A DNA stretch of 64,000 nucleotides. Source: Anthoceros angustus. Lineage: Eukaryota; Plantae; Anthocerotophyta. A model generated the notes under the pieces. It made no database searches and was not told where the DNA came from. It saw only the letters and a program-made list of their open reading frames with translations. Below, one piece after another: positions 39,569 to 52,242 of the stretch. Every line of letters starts with the position of its first letter. The stretch's first letter is position 1. The stretch is from assembly GCA_010909165.1 (NCBI GenBank), contig MU008150.1:186001-250000 (forward strand), in the 5' to 3' direction. Made by a program: the position numbers and the translations under genes.

Positions 39569-39865
39569 CTCTAGTCTTAATAATTAATAGTCAATACATA
39601 TTTTTTGGAAGCTCAAAACGAGCAACAAGGTCCTCTCTTCAAGGAGTGTTATTAAGAGATGAGTCCATTGGAACTACCCAGCTCTAGTCTTAATAATTAC
39701 AAGTAAATATATATTTCTTTGAAGCTCAAAACGAGCAACAAGGTCCTCTCTTCAGGGAGTGACATCGAAACATGATTCCATTGCAACTCCTAAGTTAAGC
39801 GAAGGCAACAAGGTCCTCTCTTCAAGGAGTGACATCGAGACATGAGTCCTTTCGAACTCCCCAAT
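39569..39865. repeat. Short tandem array containing GCAACAAGGTCCTCTCTTCAAGGAGTG (3 copies)
   Basis: Core seen near 39621, 39734 and 39805. The first two copies share the upstream ctctagtcttaataatta..gaagctcaaaacga. Confidence 0.8.
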
Positions 39866-39892
39866 TAAGTGCCCTTCAAACGGACCAATGCA

Positions 39893-40920
39893 AGCTTGGA
39901 ATAGGGTGCCACCCATCCACCGGCTTCATGGTCCTATGAGACTACTTGTTATCAACATCATCTCTTCGTCTCCGCACGCTGTTATGTGTCCTTTGTACAT
40001 AGCAGTGCTTGGATAGGTGCCACGCATCCTTCGGACGTAGTAGTGCTTGGACAGGGCGCCACCCATCCCCGGCTTCACGGCTCTATGGGGCTACCTATTA
40101 TCAACATCATGCCTTCGTCTCCACAGCTGCGGGGCTGCTAGTTGTTAGTGTCCTCTAGGGTTGCTCCACATCAAAAATCCCAATGTGCGACTTCGATGTT
40201 ACTTTGACATATGTATAAAGTCTCCGAATTCATGAAAAGTAGTGTGCGACTTCGATGTATACTTCGAAATATCTGTAAAGTCTCTTGAATTCATGAAAAG
40301 TATGCGACTTCGATATATACTGTGACACGGCATTAAGCGTCCTTAGGACGTGTCAGTGCTTGGATAGGGTGCCACCCATCCTTGGCTTCACGTCCCTATG
40401 GGGCTACCTATTTTTAACATCATGCCTTCGTGTCCGCACAGATCAGTGCTTGCATAGGGTGCCACCCATCCCTAGCTTTACGTCTCGATGGGGCTACATG
40501 TTATCAACATCATGCCTTTGTGTCCGCACGTATCAGTGCTTGGATAGGTAGGTGCTTGCATAGGGTGCCACCCATCCCTAGCTTTACGTCTCGATGGGGC
40601 TACATGTTATCAACATCATGCCTTTGTGTCCGCACGTATCAGTGCTTGGATAGGTAGGCCATCCATCCTCGGCTTCATATCCCTATGAGGCTACTTGTTA
40701 TCAACATCATGCCTTCGTCTCCGCAGCGTGCGGGGCCGCTAGTTGTTAGTATCCTACAACCACTTCTTAGTGTCCTCTAGGATTACTCCAATAAAATACC
40801 CAAGTGTGCGGCTTCGATGTCTTCTTTGACATATCTATAAAGTCTCCGAATTCATGAAAAGTATGCGACTTCCATGTCGAATCTAGTCAGTCATGTCTAC
40901 AATGTCTCCGAATTCACTAA
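39893..40920. repeat. Compound minisatellite with higher-order structure, including a perfect 106-bp tandem pair (40446-40657)
   Basis: Unit A is gtgcttggatagggtgccacccatcc..ctatggggctac..ttatcaacatcatgccttcg. Unit B is gtgcgacttcgatgt..aaagtctccgaattcatgaaaagta. The A-array then B-array arrangement occurs twice. Confidence 0.85.
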
Positions 40921-42495
40921 AAAACGATCAACAAGGCGTTTGAGTAGGTTTTTGATAAGCTGTAAATTTTATTAGACTACTTTTACATTGCATATTTGTG
41001 CGTCTTTGGGTTTGCGATGTAACCTTCATTCTAGATTTTCTTGAAGTGACATCTTTAAATTTTGATATTACTTTTCTAATGGTGGATTCATGGCTCGTAA
41101 GGCTACTTTCCACCTCTTGGCCAGCTCGCTTGCAATCCCACGAGGCCAAGATTTCAACTTCTTTGAGATGAAGAGTTCGGGGCTTTTCCACCGCCTCCTC
41201 TTGAACCGTAGGGAGGTTGGAGGTCAACGGCCAATCTCCTCAACGAGTACAGAGACATCACTGAGGGATGGATGAACTACATGCTACAAAGAAGGCCCCC
41301 TGAAAGCTTATGGCCGAAACAAAAAGCTCCCAAGTTCAATTCCTGGTCCGCTAGTTTTTAAGTTCAATTCTTGGTCTGGTCTTGAGTACAGCCCTAGTTT
41401 CTTGTTGAAGTACATGTGCTAAACCCATTTTTTCTCTAATATGAACATTTCAAAATATAATAGACTTTGAATTAGACGTTATATATATATACATGAAGTG
41501 AACTTCAATTGATAACTTTAAAATATTGATTCATTATTCCAAAAAATCTAACATATCCACTAATTACATAATATCTTAAATTTTGACTTATAATATTTTC
41601 TACAAAATAATAATATGATAAATATAAATATAATATATGCATATATGTACATTCGAGGGGTGTGAAAATCAAGCCGTTGGGACGACCTTACCGTTTGCCG
41701 AATCCAGCCTCCAATGTCACGAACAGAATTTTGCTCCATGTCAGACTACCGTTGATGAGCCGTTCCCAGACTCCCAGTTTCGCCCAATGGGCCAAACCGC
41801 ACTGTGGTGCGTAAGTTGTACCGGGAACGGGCTTGTCCGGCGAACCGGAAGGTTCAACCGTAGAACCGGCAAAACGTTTCGCCGTCGCCGCCTTGCGTGC
41901 CTGGTCCTCCCGGACCTGAGAGTGTTGATGCCATTTGCATACCAGCACTCGATGGCTGTGGCGCTGTAGGGCTGTGTGTGCGCTGCTCAGTGCTTTGCTC
42001 CGATTCTGAACTTTGCCTTTGCCCGCCCTTGGCGCGGGTCTGGTCTTCTTCAATGCGTGTGATTCTGGCCGCAAGCTTCTGAGGCGGCATAGCAGCAAAC
42101 TTGTGTAGCAGGAGGTGCCGGCGGTCCTTCCCCTCTCGCTTTTGGAACTGTCTGCATTTTGTTCAATTTGTCTGCCAGCTGGGAAGCGCATTGGCTGGCT
42201 CCTGCTTTCTCTTTGCCGGGAAACGAACCTGGGGGCTGTTACAGACAGGAAGTGGATGTCCGTGTATGCGGGAGCTCGTGCGCGACTTGCTATTCGACGG
42301 CCTGCTCGGCGTTCGGGTTTGGCTGCCGGAGCTCTCTGAGCAGGGGAGACGGAAGATTTCTGCCTTCTAGGAGGACCTAAATGAGACGGAGGGAGGCTGC
42401 TTTATCAGAAATCGGAGTGCAGTTGTTGGCACTTAGGCTGAGCCTTCAGGCGCCGCCAGTAACGTTTTGAGTTTTGAGGTAACCTAGCTGTCAAG

Positions 42496-44442
42496 ATGTT
42501 CAACAAGATATTTGGGAAGCCCAAGAAGCAAGCGCCAGCGACGGCTTCCGCCCTTGACAGGCTCACGGAGGTTGCCTCGCTTTCTGAGCTTTCTCGTTTG
42601 ACACCTCTTTATTTCGTGACTGCTGCCAGACCGGAGTGTGCAGTCCTTGGTTCAGAGCTGCATTGGCAAGCAGGAGTCTTAAGCCTGATAGGTTGTTCTT
42701 ATGCAGACGTTGGAGATGCTTGACAAGAAGGAGAAAATTTTGTACCGGAAGATCGAGGCAGAGATTGAGAAGGCAAAGGGTTACGCAAAAGTGAAGAACA
42801 AGAGGGGTAGGTCACGGCTTGTTGCAAAGTTACCGTGCGCCAGTTAGAGTTAAGAGTGTGGTTTTTTGCCTTCCACAAGGTTCATTGTCAGGCCAGCTTT
42901 GCACATTGGTGACAACTTTAGTCTCCTTTTCACTGCTTCAGCTGCAATTCATTGTTTGAAGACAAAGAAGTTCTACGAGAACCAGATTGCTCAACTTGGG
43001 AGCTACCAGCTACGACTACACGATCAGGTTCGTGTTGCAATCACTTTCTTTCCGGAACTCTTTTGATTGGAGGTAGGGTTTTGTGTTTGCTGACCTGCCC
43101 GTCATGTCACCTGCTGAATGACATAGTAGTACTTCTCTTGCAGAGTGATGCTCTCTTGAGAGACCATGGTAAACGCCTTCCAATTCTAAGGCGAGCCATC
43201 ATGAAAGTCAGGACCAAGTGCCGATCGATTTTTAGTTCCATCACTGGATCAAGGTCTAGACTCGAAGCTCTGCAATGTCCTTCCTGTGCTGCGGCGTGGA
43301 CATGTGATGAGGGAACTGATTCAGGAATGCTGCTTTATGCAGACCCCCTCTCCTCTTAAGCTGAATAAGTCGTCACCTAAATTGTCAGTTGCGTGACTGC
43401 AAATAAGGATCTCTGATATTGTCAACCAGTAGAAACTGCCTATTCCCCACCCCACCTTTCTAGTCAGTCATCGGGGTGTTTGTGTTTTGGACCAAGACAC
43501 AGTCACCCCGCACGTTAGCATAGAGTTGTTGTTGATCCCTGTTGGTACCTCTATCCTCTGAGCTAACAGCAGCAGCTGCTGTGTCCACCTGCCTGACGCT
43601 TGAGAGCTTAATTCTCTGCCCTTTCATTGTCTTTCTTTTGTGTGGAAGTATGTTTGCAGGTTTAGTGCTGTTGCTACACCACGCTGTGCACCTGTCAGAT
43701 GATCTTGTCTTCGAAGCTGGAAATGTATGGGCTACGTCTCAGCAAATTTGATTCATCGGGTGTGCAGATGATTATGTTGGAAGGCGCCAGAGCAACAACC
43801 GATACCGTTGATGCTCTTAGAAGTGGGGCGAAAGCAATGAAGTCTATCCAAAAAATTATGTAAGATGCCAACGACCCTTCTTCCACCTTCCCCCTGCGGC
43901 ATGCGGCATGCGCATGCCTAACCGAAATGTAGCTCATGCGGGAACAACGAGGTGTGACTGACATTCAGCACACTGCTCGATTCACTGGAGTGCAGAAACA
44001 TAGATGACGTGGACAGGACAATGGAGGACGTGACTGAACAGGCCGAGAACATGAAGCAAATTCAAGAATCCCTTTCAGCTCCAGTTGGGGTAGCTGCCGA
44101 GATCGATGAGGTTTGCCTTATTCCTCCAAGACAAACTTGTACTCAGTACCTAGGTTGTCTCAGATTTCCTGAAAATGTCGCTTGTCGTTTGTCTCCTCTG
44201 TCCAGGATGAACTCTTGGACGAGCTGGAAGATCTGGAGGGTCAGGATTTGGACCAGCAGCTGAGAGATACCACACCTTCAATACCTTTCCACAAAGCTTC
44301 GATTTCCACACCCACCGCTCCTGTCAATTCAGCCCCGCTGAGGCAACCTCCTCCTGCGAAAGCGCATGAAAGACCTTCCCCCCAGCCTAGCAGCGAAGAG
44401 GATGACGAACTTGCAGCCTTGCAAGCGGAGATGGCGTCATGA
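42496..44442 (+). CDS. VPS32: ESCRT-III subunit VPS32/SNF7 (CHMP4-like), 6 exons
   Basis: MFNKIFGKPK..SALDRLTE, TLEMLDKKEKIL, AAIHCLKTKKFYENQIAQLG..LRLHDQ, MIMLEGARATTDTVDALRSGA, IDDVDRTMED, DELLDELEDLEG, EEDDELAALQAEMA. Confidence 0.92.
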
Positions 44443-44785
44443 ATCCTGGCCAGTGGCCACCAGATTGGGCAGTTTACAGTCTAGTGGCGCTGGCCACAGT
44501 AGTGTTGTACACTCTAGGTGACTTGGTGCTGATTTGCCACATTCTGCACTTTGCAGTCTCGTCGAACTTTAATGTAGACCTGTATCGTGCACATCATGAA
44601 AGGGTAACTCTCTAGTTTCCCGGAATTGAATCCTACGGAAAACCTGACGATGCGTCTAGGAAAAAGCGCATTGCAGTGAGCTTTGCCCTAAGAGTCGGAA
44701 ACGACTCGCTGCTCCCGCGCTTTTTGTCGCAGTCCAAGTCCTTAAGCAGGGACGGCTGCCAAAACTCTTTCTGGAGGTTAGCAGG

Positions 44786-47393
44786 ATGGCGCTCGCCTTC
44801 GATGAGTTCGGGCGGCCTTTCATCATCTTGCGGGAGCAGGAGCAAAAGGCCCGTCTGCAAGGGCTGGATGCTCAAAAGGCCAACATCCTGGCAGCTCGTT
44901 CCGTGGCCAAGATTTTGAGAACCTCGCTCGGCCCCAAGGGCATGGACAAGATGCTGCAGAGCCCGGACGGCGATGTCACTATAAGTGAGCTCTCAGCCCG
45001 CACTTCTTGCACAAGAGGTTTTGAGCCCTCGGGCGGGTCAATTAGGTCTTTCTGCAATGCCTGATCTCACCACTCCGTCGAGTGATAATGGTTGCATGCA
45101 GCTGTATTGTCATTGTCGGTCACAGTTGTGAGATGAACCGATCGTGTTCTCGTGTTTGGCAGCAAACGATGGGGCTACAATACTTGAGCAGATGGAGGTT
45201 GAGAATCAAATTGGGAAGCTGATGGTTGAGCTTTCGAAGAGTCAGGATTTTGAGATTGGTGACGGCACAACTGGGGTTGTAGTCACAGCAGGTGCACTTT
45301 TGGAGCAGGCGGAGGAGCTACTAGATCGGGGCATCCATCCCATTCGGATCGCTGAGGGGTATGAGATCGCGTCTAAGGTCGCTACTGAGCATCTGAATCA
45401 CATTGCGCACAAGTTTGACTTCAGTGCAGATAATGCTGAGCCTCTCATTCAGACCTGCATGACGACGCTGTCTTCCAAGATGTGAGCCGTTCGTCATCCT
45501 TGTGTTTGCAACTTTATCCTTCTAGTTTGCAGCTTCGCACGATGCTGTGGGCGACGACCCAGTGTGTATGTGCCTCCTTCGTGTTTCCAGCAGATAACCC
45601 TATACTGACACACTATCCATCTCTGCAGAGTGGGTAGGTGCAAACGGATGCTAGCGGAAATCGCAGTGAAAGCTGTGCTTGCTGTTGCGGATTTGGAGAG
45701 ACGTGATGTCAACCTTGACTTGATCAAGGTGGAAGGAAAAGTTGGTGGTAGACTAGAGGATACAGAACTTGTGTACGGTATTGTTGTTGACAAGGATATG
45801 AGCCATCCTCAGATGCCCAAGGTTATAGAGGATGCAAAGATTGCCATTCTGACCTGCCCATTCGAACCACCGAAGCCTAAAACCAAGCACAAAGTGGACA
45901 TTGATTCCGTTGAAAAATTTGAAGTTCTCCGAGCAGCAGAGAAGAAGTATTTTGATGACATGGTGCAACAGTGTAAAGTAAGTGTGAGCTGCTATGGTGA
46001 ATTACAGAGACTATTTTGGAATGGCAGACTTTGTTGTTCGTAGCCTGTATGATTCTAAGTCGTATCTTTGGGCTACGGCATTCTTTTACATTCCTGTTAG
46101 TGGTAAACAAAGGTCTGATTATTCATGGAAACAGGATGCAGGTGCAACACTCGTGATATGCCAATGGGGCTTTGATGATGAAGCTAACCATCTGCTGCTC
46201 CATCGGGGACTGCCAGCTGTTCGGTGGGTTGGAGGGGTGGAGCTTGAGCTAATTGCGATCGCAACAGGTGTGTGATATCCATCTTTATGTATGTCTATTT
46301 CCAGCCTTCTGAAGTCTCTTAATTCTTTGCATGGCTGGAAACTCTGTTTGATCAGGTGGACGAATAGTTCCTCGGTTTCAGGAGTTAACTCCTGAGAAGT
46401 TGGGGAAGGTAAACACTCCAGTTGGAATTTGTGGTCTCGCTGTTTTGAACGGATCAGTTTTCTTCAACAAGCAGAGCATGCCTCTGATGCTTGTGGTGCT
46501 CACAGGCTGGGCTAGTAAGGGAACGGGGGTTCGGCACAACAAAGGATAGGATGCTCTATATTGAAGAATGTGCCAATTCTCGGGCAGTTACAATATTCAT
46601 CCGTGGAGGTCTGCTTATTTTCTTGATTTCTTGGTTGTTGTATTAAATCAATTTCCTCAGGTGGCTGCATCTCGACTCTTATATCTCTTGTATCTCTAGG
46701 CACAACCCTTTCCTCGTATTTTAGGGTCAGCTTGTCTTGGTTGGCAGGAAACAAGATGATGATTGAAGAGACCAAGCGCAGTGTCCATGATGCGCTGTGT
46801 GTGGCTCGGAATTTGATCCGGGACAAGGCTATTGTCTACGGTGGTGGCTCAGCAGAAATTGCTTGCTCAATAGCTGTGGAAGCTGCAGCAGATAAGATCC
46901 CTGGGGTTGAGCAGGTAATTTACACTCACTGTGTCATGTCACTCGGGGCATTGAATGAAGGCTTAGGGGTTACTGTGCTTTAACCGATCCTCGCTGACTG
47001 GATTCCATTTGTTTCGTTCTTGGCAGTATGCAATGCGGGCATTTGCGGATGCCTTAGATGCAGTACCGATGGCTCTGGCTGAAAACAGTGGTCTGCAACC
47101 GATTGATGTAGTGACAGCAGTGAAAGCACAACAGTTGAAGGTGAGCTGGGTACCCAAGGTTTGGTGCAGCATGCTTGGTTGCCGCTTGAGTACTAAGTTA
47201 CAACTCTGTTATTGATGTGCAGGAAAAGAACCCTTACTTGGGAGTCGATTGCAATGATGTGGGAACCAACGACATGAGGGAGCAGAACGTGTTCGAGACC
47301 CTCATTGGGAAGAAGCAGCAGCTACTCCTTGCCACCCAAGTTGTCAAGATGATCCTGAAGATTGATGATGTGATCACCCCCTCTAACTTTTAA
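44786..47393 (+). CDS. CCT5: T-complex protein 1 subunit epsilon (CCT/TRiC chaperonin), multi-exon
   Basis: [91 protein letters not shown]. Confidence 0.96.
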
Positions 47394-47660
47394 TGACCAG
47401 ATATCTATGCTTAATTGCGAGTATGCGCTTCACGGTTTTGAAATTTTTGTAGAATACAGATCTAGACATCCTGAGACTGCCAGTGAGGTAATAAAGAGGT
47501 CAGGCGCATACCCGGTTTTATTGGCGGGTAAACATCTTGCTTAATGTTTGGGACAGAATTGGCTCAACTTACATGCAAAGGCATGAAAGAGAATTCGTGA
47601 ATATGAAAGACTCCGAGTGTTTGAAAACGGTCAGTGCAACCTAACCGCGTCCATCTAGGT

Positions 47661-49162
47661 TTAGTCGGAGTCACTATCTTGCACAGTCGAGCTTCTCACC
47701 CTCCTTGGGCCCTCATCGTCATCGTCTATCCAGACCTCCTTTTTGACGAGAACCCCTAAAATCCAAAGCGCGCGGAGACAAACTGTTAAGGTGCAATCAA
47801 ACAGGAGAAAATCTGTGCGGCTTAACTACTTGCAGGCATAAATACCTGTCTTTATTAGGTAATTTTCGAGTCTGCTCGCGGGGAAGTCATCAACATCTCC
47901 TAGTTGCTGAAAACCAACAAGTCTGTCGATAGCAACTCCATTTCTGTAGAAACATATCAGCAATCATGCATCATTCATCTTGGAAATGAGATTCGCACCT
48001 GTCACACATTCAGCAGCCGCATCTTTGGCATACCTGAAAAGAATAACGCAAGGCAGCACTTTCACAGCTAGCTTTGTAACAAAGAAGGGACAATTCTGCA
48101 CAAGACAAGCGCACGTAAGTGTTCATGATTGTCAAGCAGTGATTACCCGAAGTTTGGAAGCAGGGATCCTTGAAAGCATAGAGCAAGATAAGAAGCTCAC
48201 CTCCGCATCCACTTTAATAAACTTTGTATCAAAATACTTTGCTGTCAGGCTGTTCAAATGTTTGTCCATTATCCTGCCAGAGCCAGATACGCACTTGGAG
48301 TGGCCATTTGGAATCGAGTAAAGAAGTGGTCAGTACGCAATGGCAGCTGTTGAGGCACACTCACTTGCAGCGGACAAACTCTCTGTGGAAGAAGTGACAG
48401 ACCACCCTCTCGGTTCCAGTAACTTCAGCAAGAAAATCTCCCTCAGCAATCTGGGGAGCACAGGCCATAAGTTAGATGCATACAATGTCAAGTCATAAAT
48501 GAATGCAATACCAGGAAGATTATAAATGGAGCGCAAACTGCATGCTTGCCCACCTCTCTATATTCACCATGCCCCTTAAGTTGTAGCACTTGCCGCTTTT
48601 CTGCATCTTTCTACAACAAACGCCAAACTTTCAAATGATTGACTTATGGCTGCAATGACAAGAAATGAAAACAGCGAGTAGGGCATGAGCTTTATGAAGG
48701 GATGACGAGATAAACCTTCAGCTGAGCAATTCTCTCGGAATGCAGTCTTTCCAGCTCAGGATCCTGCATCTCGGATACTATCCCACATGAGAATGAGAAA
48801 TGTGCGTAGTTTGGCAGCCACAACTTTCCAAAACCGCACTCACATAGTGTGGTACTCACATCCAGAAGTTCGTCTAGGTCAACCTCATCATGCGCAGGGC
48901 CAGTGCCAGCCCTCTCTGATGCCAGCATCTCCTGCAATTTCAGAGCATTTCTGCTGGTAAAACACGGGCAAGGGTGCCAGGACTAGCGAGCAGTTGTTCC
49001 TACAATCTTGACACACACCACACCCACACCCATTACGGAATGCAAATCCACCCTAAACTAGTGGCCACACCCACAAACCTTCTGAAGATCCCGGGCGGCC
49101 GCGACCATGGCAGAGCCCAGAGCCAGGTCCCCCATTCTGGAGCGGAACTGCTCAGGATCCAT
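47661..49162 (-). CDS. PLP3: Phosducin-like protein 3 / thioredoxin domain-containing protein 9, multi-exon
   Basis: EVDLDELLD, DPELERLHSERIAQLK, GHGEYRE, VVCHFFHREFVRCK, IMDKHL, TKFIKVDAE, PFFVTKLAVKVLPC, DRLVGFQQLG, C-terminal RVRSSTVQDSDSD*. Alternative in-frame ATG at 49180. Confidence 0.88.
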
Positions 49163-50915
49163 GGTGCCGCCCCCTGACATGCCTGCTCCGGGGAAATGGG
49201 GAAATGCGGAGCGCGCTTTCACCTCAGTTCGCTTCCTGCTGCTCCGTCTATGTGCACCGGGGAGGCGCGTAATGAGCTGCGGTGTCCGCCATGCCAAGCA
49301 ACTGGTCAGCAAGCAAGGAAATCAGCATCAAGTTCCGATGCCGTGCAAATGCAAACCGTAACAGGCCGTCTTACCCTCACCTCCGCTGCCTCCAGGCGAA
49401 AATTGAATTATGTTTTACTTTTATTTTCTATTAACCATGTACTTGCCGAAAACCAAGGTAGGTATATGGGCCTACCAACACTGGAACCACCCCGCGCTCG
49501 GGTACGCGGGGAAGACCACTCCACGCTCGGGGGCGCCAGTAGGGCAAGGGGATCGAGCCCCCGACTACCGAACCCGGAACGATATCTTTAACAACAACTT
49601 CTTTATTTATAGGATATGAAAAGGGAAGAATATGCTTGAAGTATGAAGAGCTCATGGATATGAAAAGAGAAGAATGAGTGCAAGGAAAAATCACCATAAT
49701 AAACAAGAAGAGTGTATCGAGCCCGAATGTCAGCATAGGCAGGGCACTAGAAGAGGAAATGTGATATAGATTCAGGGAACATAACTTACAAGTATGTTCT
49801 TCCACTAGATCACTAGTCGTTTGTATATTTATACTAATATATTACTGCTTAAGTCTCCTATAGTACACTATGCTTAAAAAAAATGTGGGTTCAACTTTCA
49901 ACTCTCCTGTCATAGCATAGCGTGCTTTTAGCAATAGGTGTCTATTGGCTTCCAAAGGGTACTTACAAGAACTAAGAACTATCTTACGGAAAGCAACGAC
50001 TAGTTCACTTGGTTCAGTGATATGAAGGCCATTCAATTACTTATGATATTGTAGGCACTGTAGGAAACTTTAGACATTGCAGTTTAGTTGCTCCTTGGTT
50101 ATTGTGACCTTTGGGTCTCCCTTTGAAATTTCTATCCTTGATAAAAACCTTCCTTTTATGAGTCATGTGGCTGCCCATCACCTATTATGTGTTTCGTAAC
50201 CATTGGATATTAACATGCTAGCACCAGAAAATGAGGTTACCAAATCTTGCCACCATGACAATGTGCACTAGGAGACAAGAGGAGGCGAGAGAGCTTGCCT
50301 TTTCCTACATTCTCCGGCCCTCTTGATTTTTCTGGTGTGTTGTATGCAGACCATGTGATGCACATTAGAACTTGAGGCTCCGGCCCACACACGCGGCTGT
50401 CGGGCACGGGAGGCCTAGCAGCAGACATAAGATAGTGCATGACAGTACACAAAGCTGCAAAAAGGAGCTGGATGAACGTACATGGTCTACATGAAGGTGG
50501 GAATTCGTAAATCAATCTGTGACGCAGCAGGGGAGGTTTGTGACATGAGCTTTTTATTACCCTGGCCTGGCCTGGCCTGACCATATTTTTCAGGTGAAGC
50601 TGCGGACACGCTCAACGTGGCTGCTCTGGAAGAGCGAATCTGGAGTCGGAGCACCTCTTGGAAAGCTGACAATTGGCACTGCTGCTAGCCGAGAGAATAT
50701 TGTATCTCTATTTGCGGGCTTTGCCCAAACGTGTACCCTATCCTGTTGCTGGCCGGGCCGCCGTTTGTCTCGCGGCTGTGGTTCTGTTTGGGGTTTCAAC
50801 GGCGATCAATAAATCTCCACAATTACAAGCGTGCACAGCTGTGAGAGTCGAGACCCGCCATATTCACCGGCAGAGGAGATTTGTAAATTCTGACAGGCTG
50901 CGCCAGCGGGAGGCA

Positions 50916-50983
50916 ACGGCAGCGGCAGCGGCAGCGGCAGAGCGGCAGAGAGCGGCAGAGAGCGGCAGAGAGCGGCAGAGCGG
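50916..50983 (+). repeat. Simple repeat (GCGGCA)n grading into (AGCGGCAGAG)n
   Basis: Read directly. Confidence 0.8.
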
Positions 50984-52242
50984 CCCGGCCAGCACCGTCC
51001 TCGCCTTGAAGTGCGCGGAGCGTACACGAGGTGCTCATGGAGGCTCAGTTATGATCTTCGGCCGCGAGAGTTTACTTACATGTTTCCTAGAGCTCGGGCG
51101 GCTCCACAGATCGTTGTTGCTTCACGGCACCAAAGGCGGGCCCGTTCCGCCCCGCCCCGCCTCGCTTGCGTGAAATTGTCTCGTTCTCCCAAGCGGCGAT
51201 AAATGCCTCAACTCGCCTCGCGTTGTAATCGTATCGCAGGGCATGGCTTACCGTGCGCCCATCGCACAACCGTGCGTGGACATGAACACACACATACAGA
51301 CAGCCTTCATCACACCTTTCCTCATGAGACAAAGGAAGAACATCTTAACTATGGACAGCCAAACGTAACGTTCTTATTTTGTGTATGGCGCGCGGACGGC
51401 ACTGTTGCGAGACCGTCGCGCACGGTAGGGTATTCGCTACCATTCGGGAGATGGAATGGCGAAACTGAAAGATAACCATAAAATGTAGACACCTACTGAA
51501 TAATGTAGAGGCACATGGCGAGGATATGGGAAGGCGATGGACATGGATTCCCCGGAGGATTTCGCACGCCCGAAGCATTTAATGGCTTTGGACATTGAGA
51601 AGCAGGCGCTCGGGTCGACTCGGGTAAAGCAAAGCATATTTTATGTCTGGAGTCTGCTGTTATTAACGGGTGCAGGTGCCCTTCAAAAACAGGGCTCGGG
51701 CTCCGCAACATCTTGTGGGGAAGCGCGACAGAGAGAGAACGTAGAGAGAGACAACGCCCGGGGCCCGGAGTCTCAGAAAGGAGTCGTCAATCCCCGGCCC
51801 GCCCGCGCACTCCCGGCTTGAGGCGTCGTTGATGCGTCTCTCGATCTCGCCGCCCTCGCCCTCGCCTTTGCTTTTGGCTTTCCCTCTGCTTCGGGTGGCC
51901 GTGGTGGGGGAGTAGCGTAGTGTGTGTGAAGGAGCAGGAGCGGGATCTCCCGCCGGCGGCTGAATTGGTGGCCGTTTGTCATGACCGTCTGCGTCTGCGA
52001 CCTTGTTGCTTCACGGAATGGAGGCTGAGGAGAGCGATGGGAGACGGAGCGCAGCAGCGGCAACCTGTTGCTTTGCTTGAGAGGGCAGGGTTTGGCGAGG
52101 AGGTGAATGGCAGGAGGAGGGAGGGCGGGGCGGAGATGTTTGGAGGGGGTGCGGCAGCAGGAGGAGGAGAGGCCCGGGGGTTGATGTTGTTGTTGCTGTT
52201 GTTTTTGTTGTATTCGGATCGGTATCCGTATCCGCATCCGCC

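Noticed and set aside
39893-40920. Regularly spaced repeats superficially like a CRISPR array
   Set aside because: The intervening sequences are themselves repeated rather than unique spacers, there are no cas genes, and the context is eukaryotic.
40928-41280. Possible retroelement coding remnant
   Set aside because: No convincing integrase or RT motifs.
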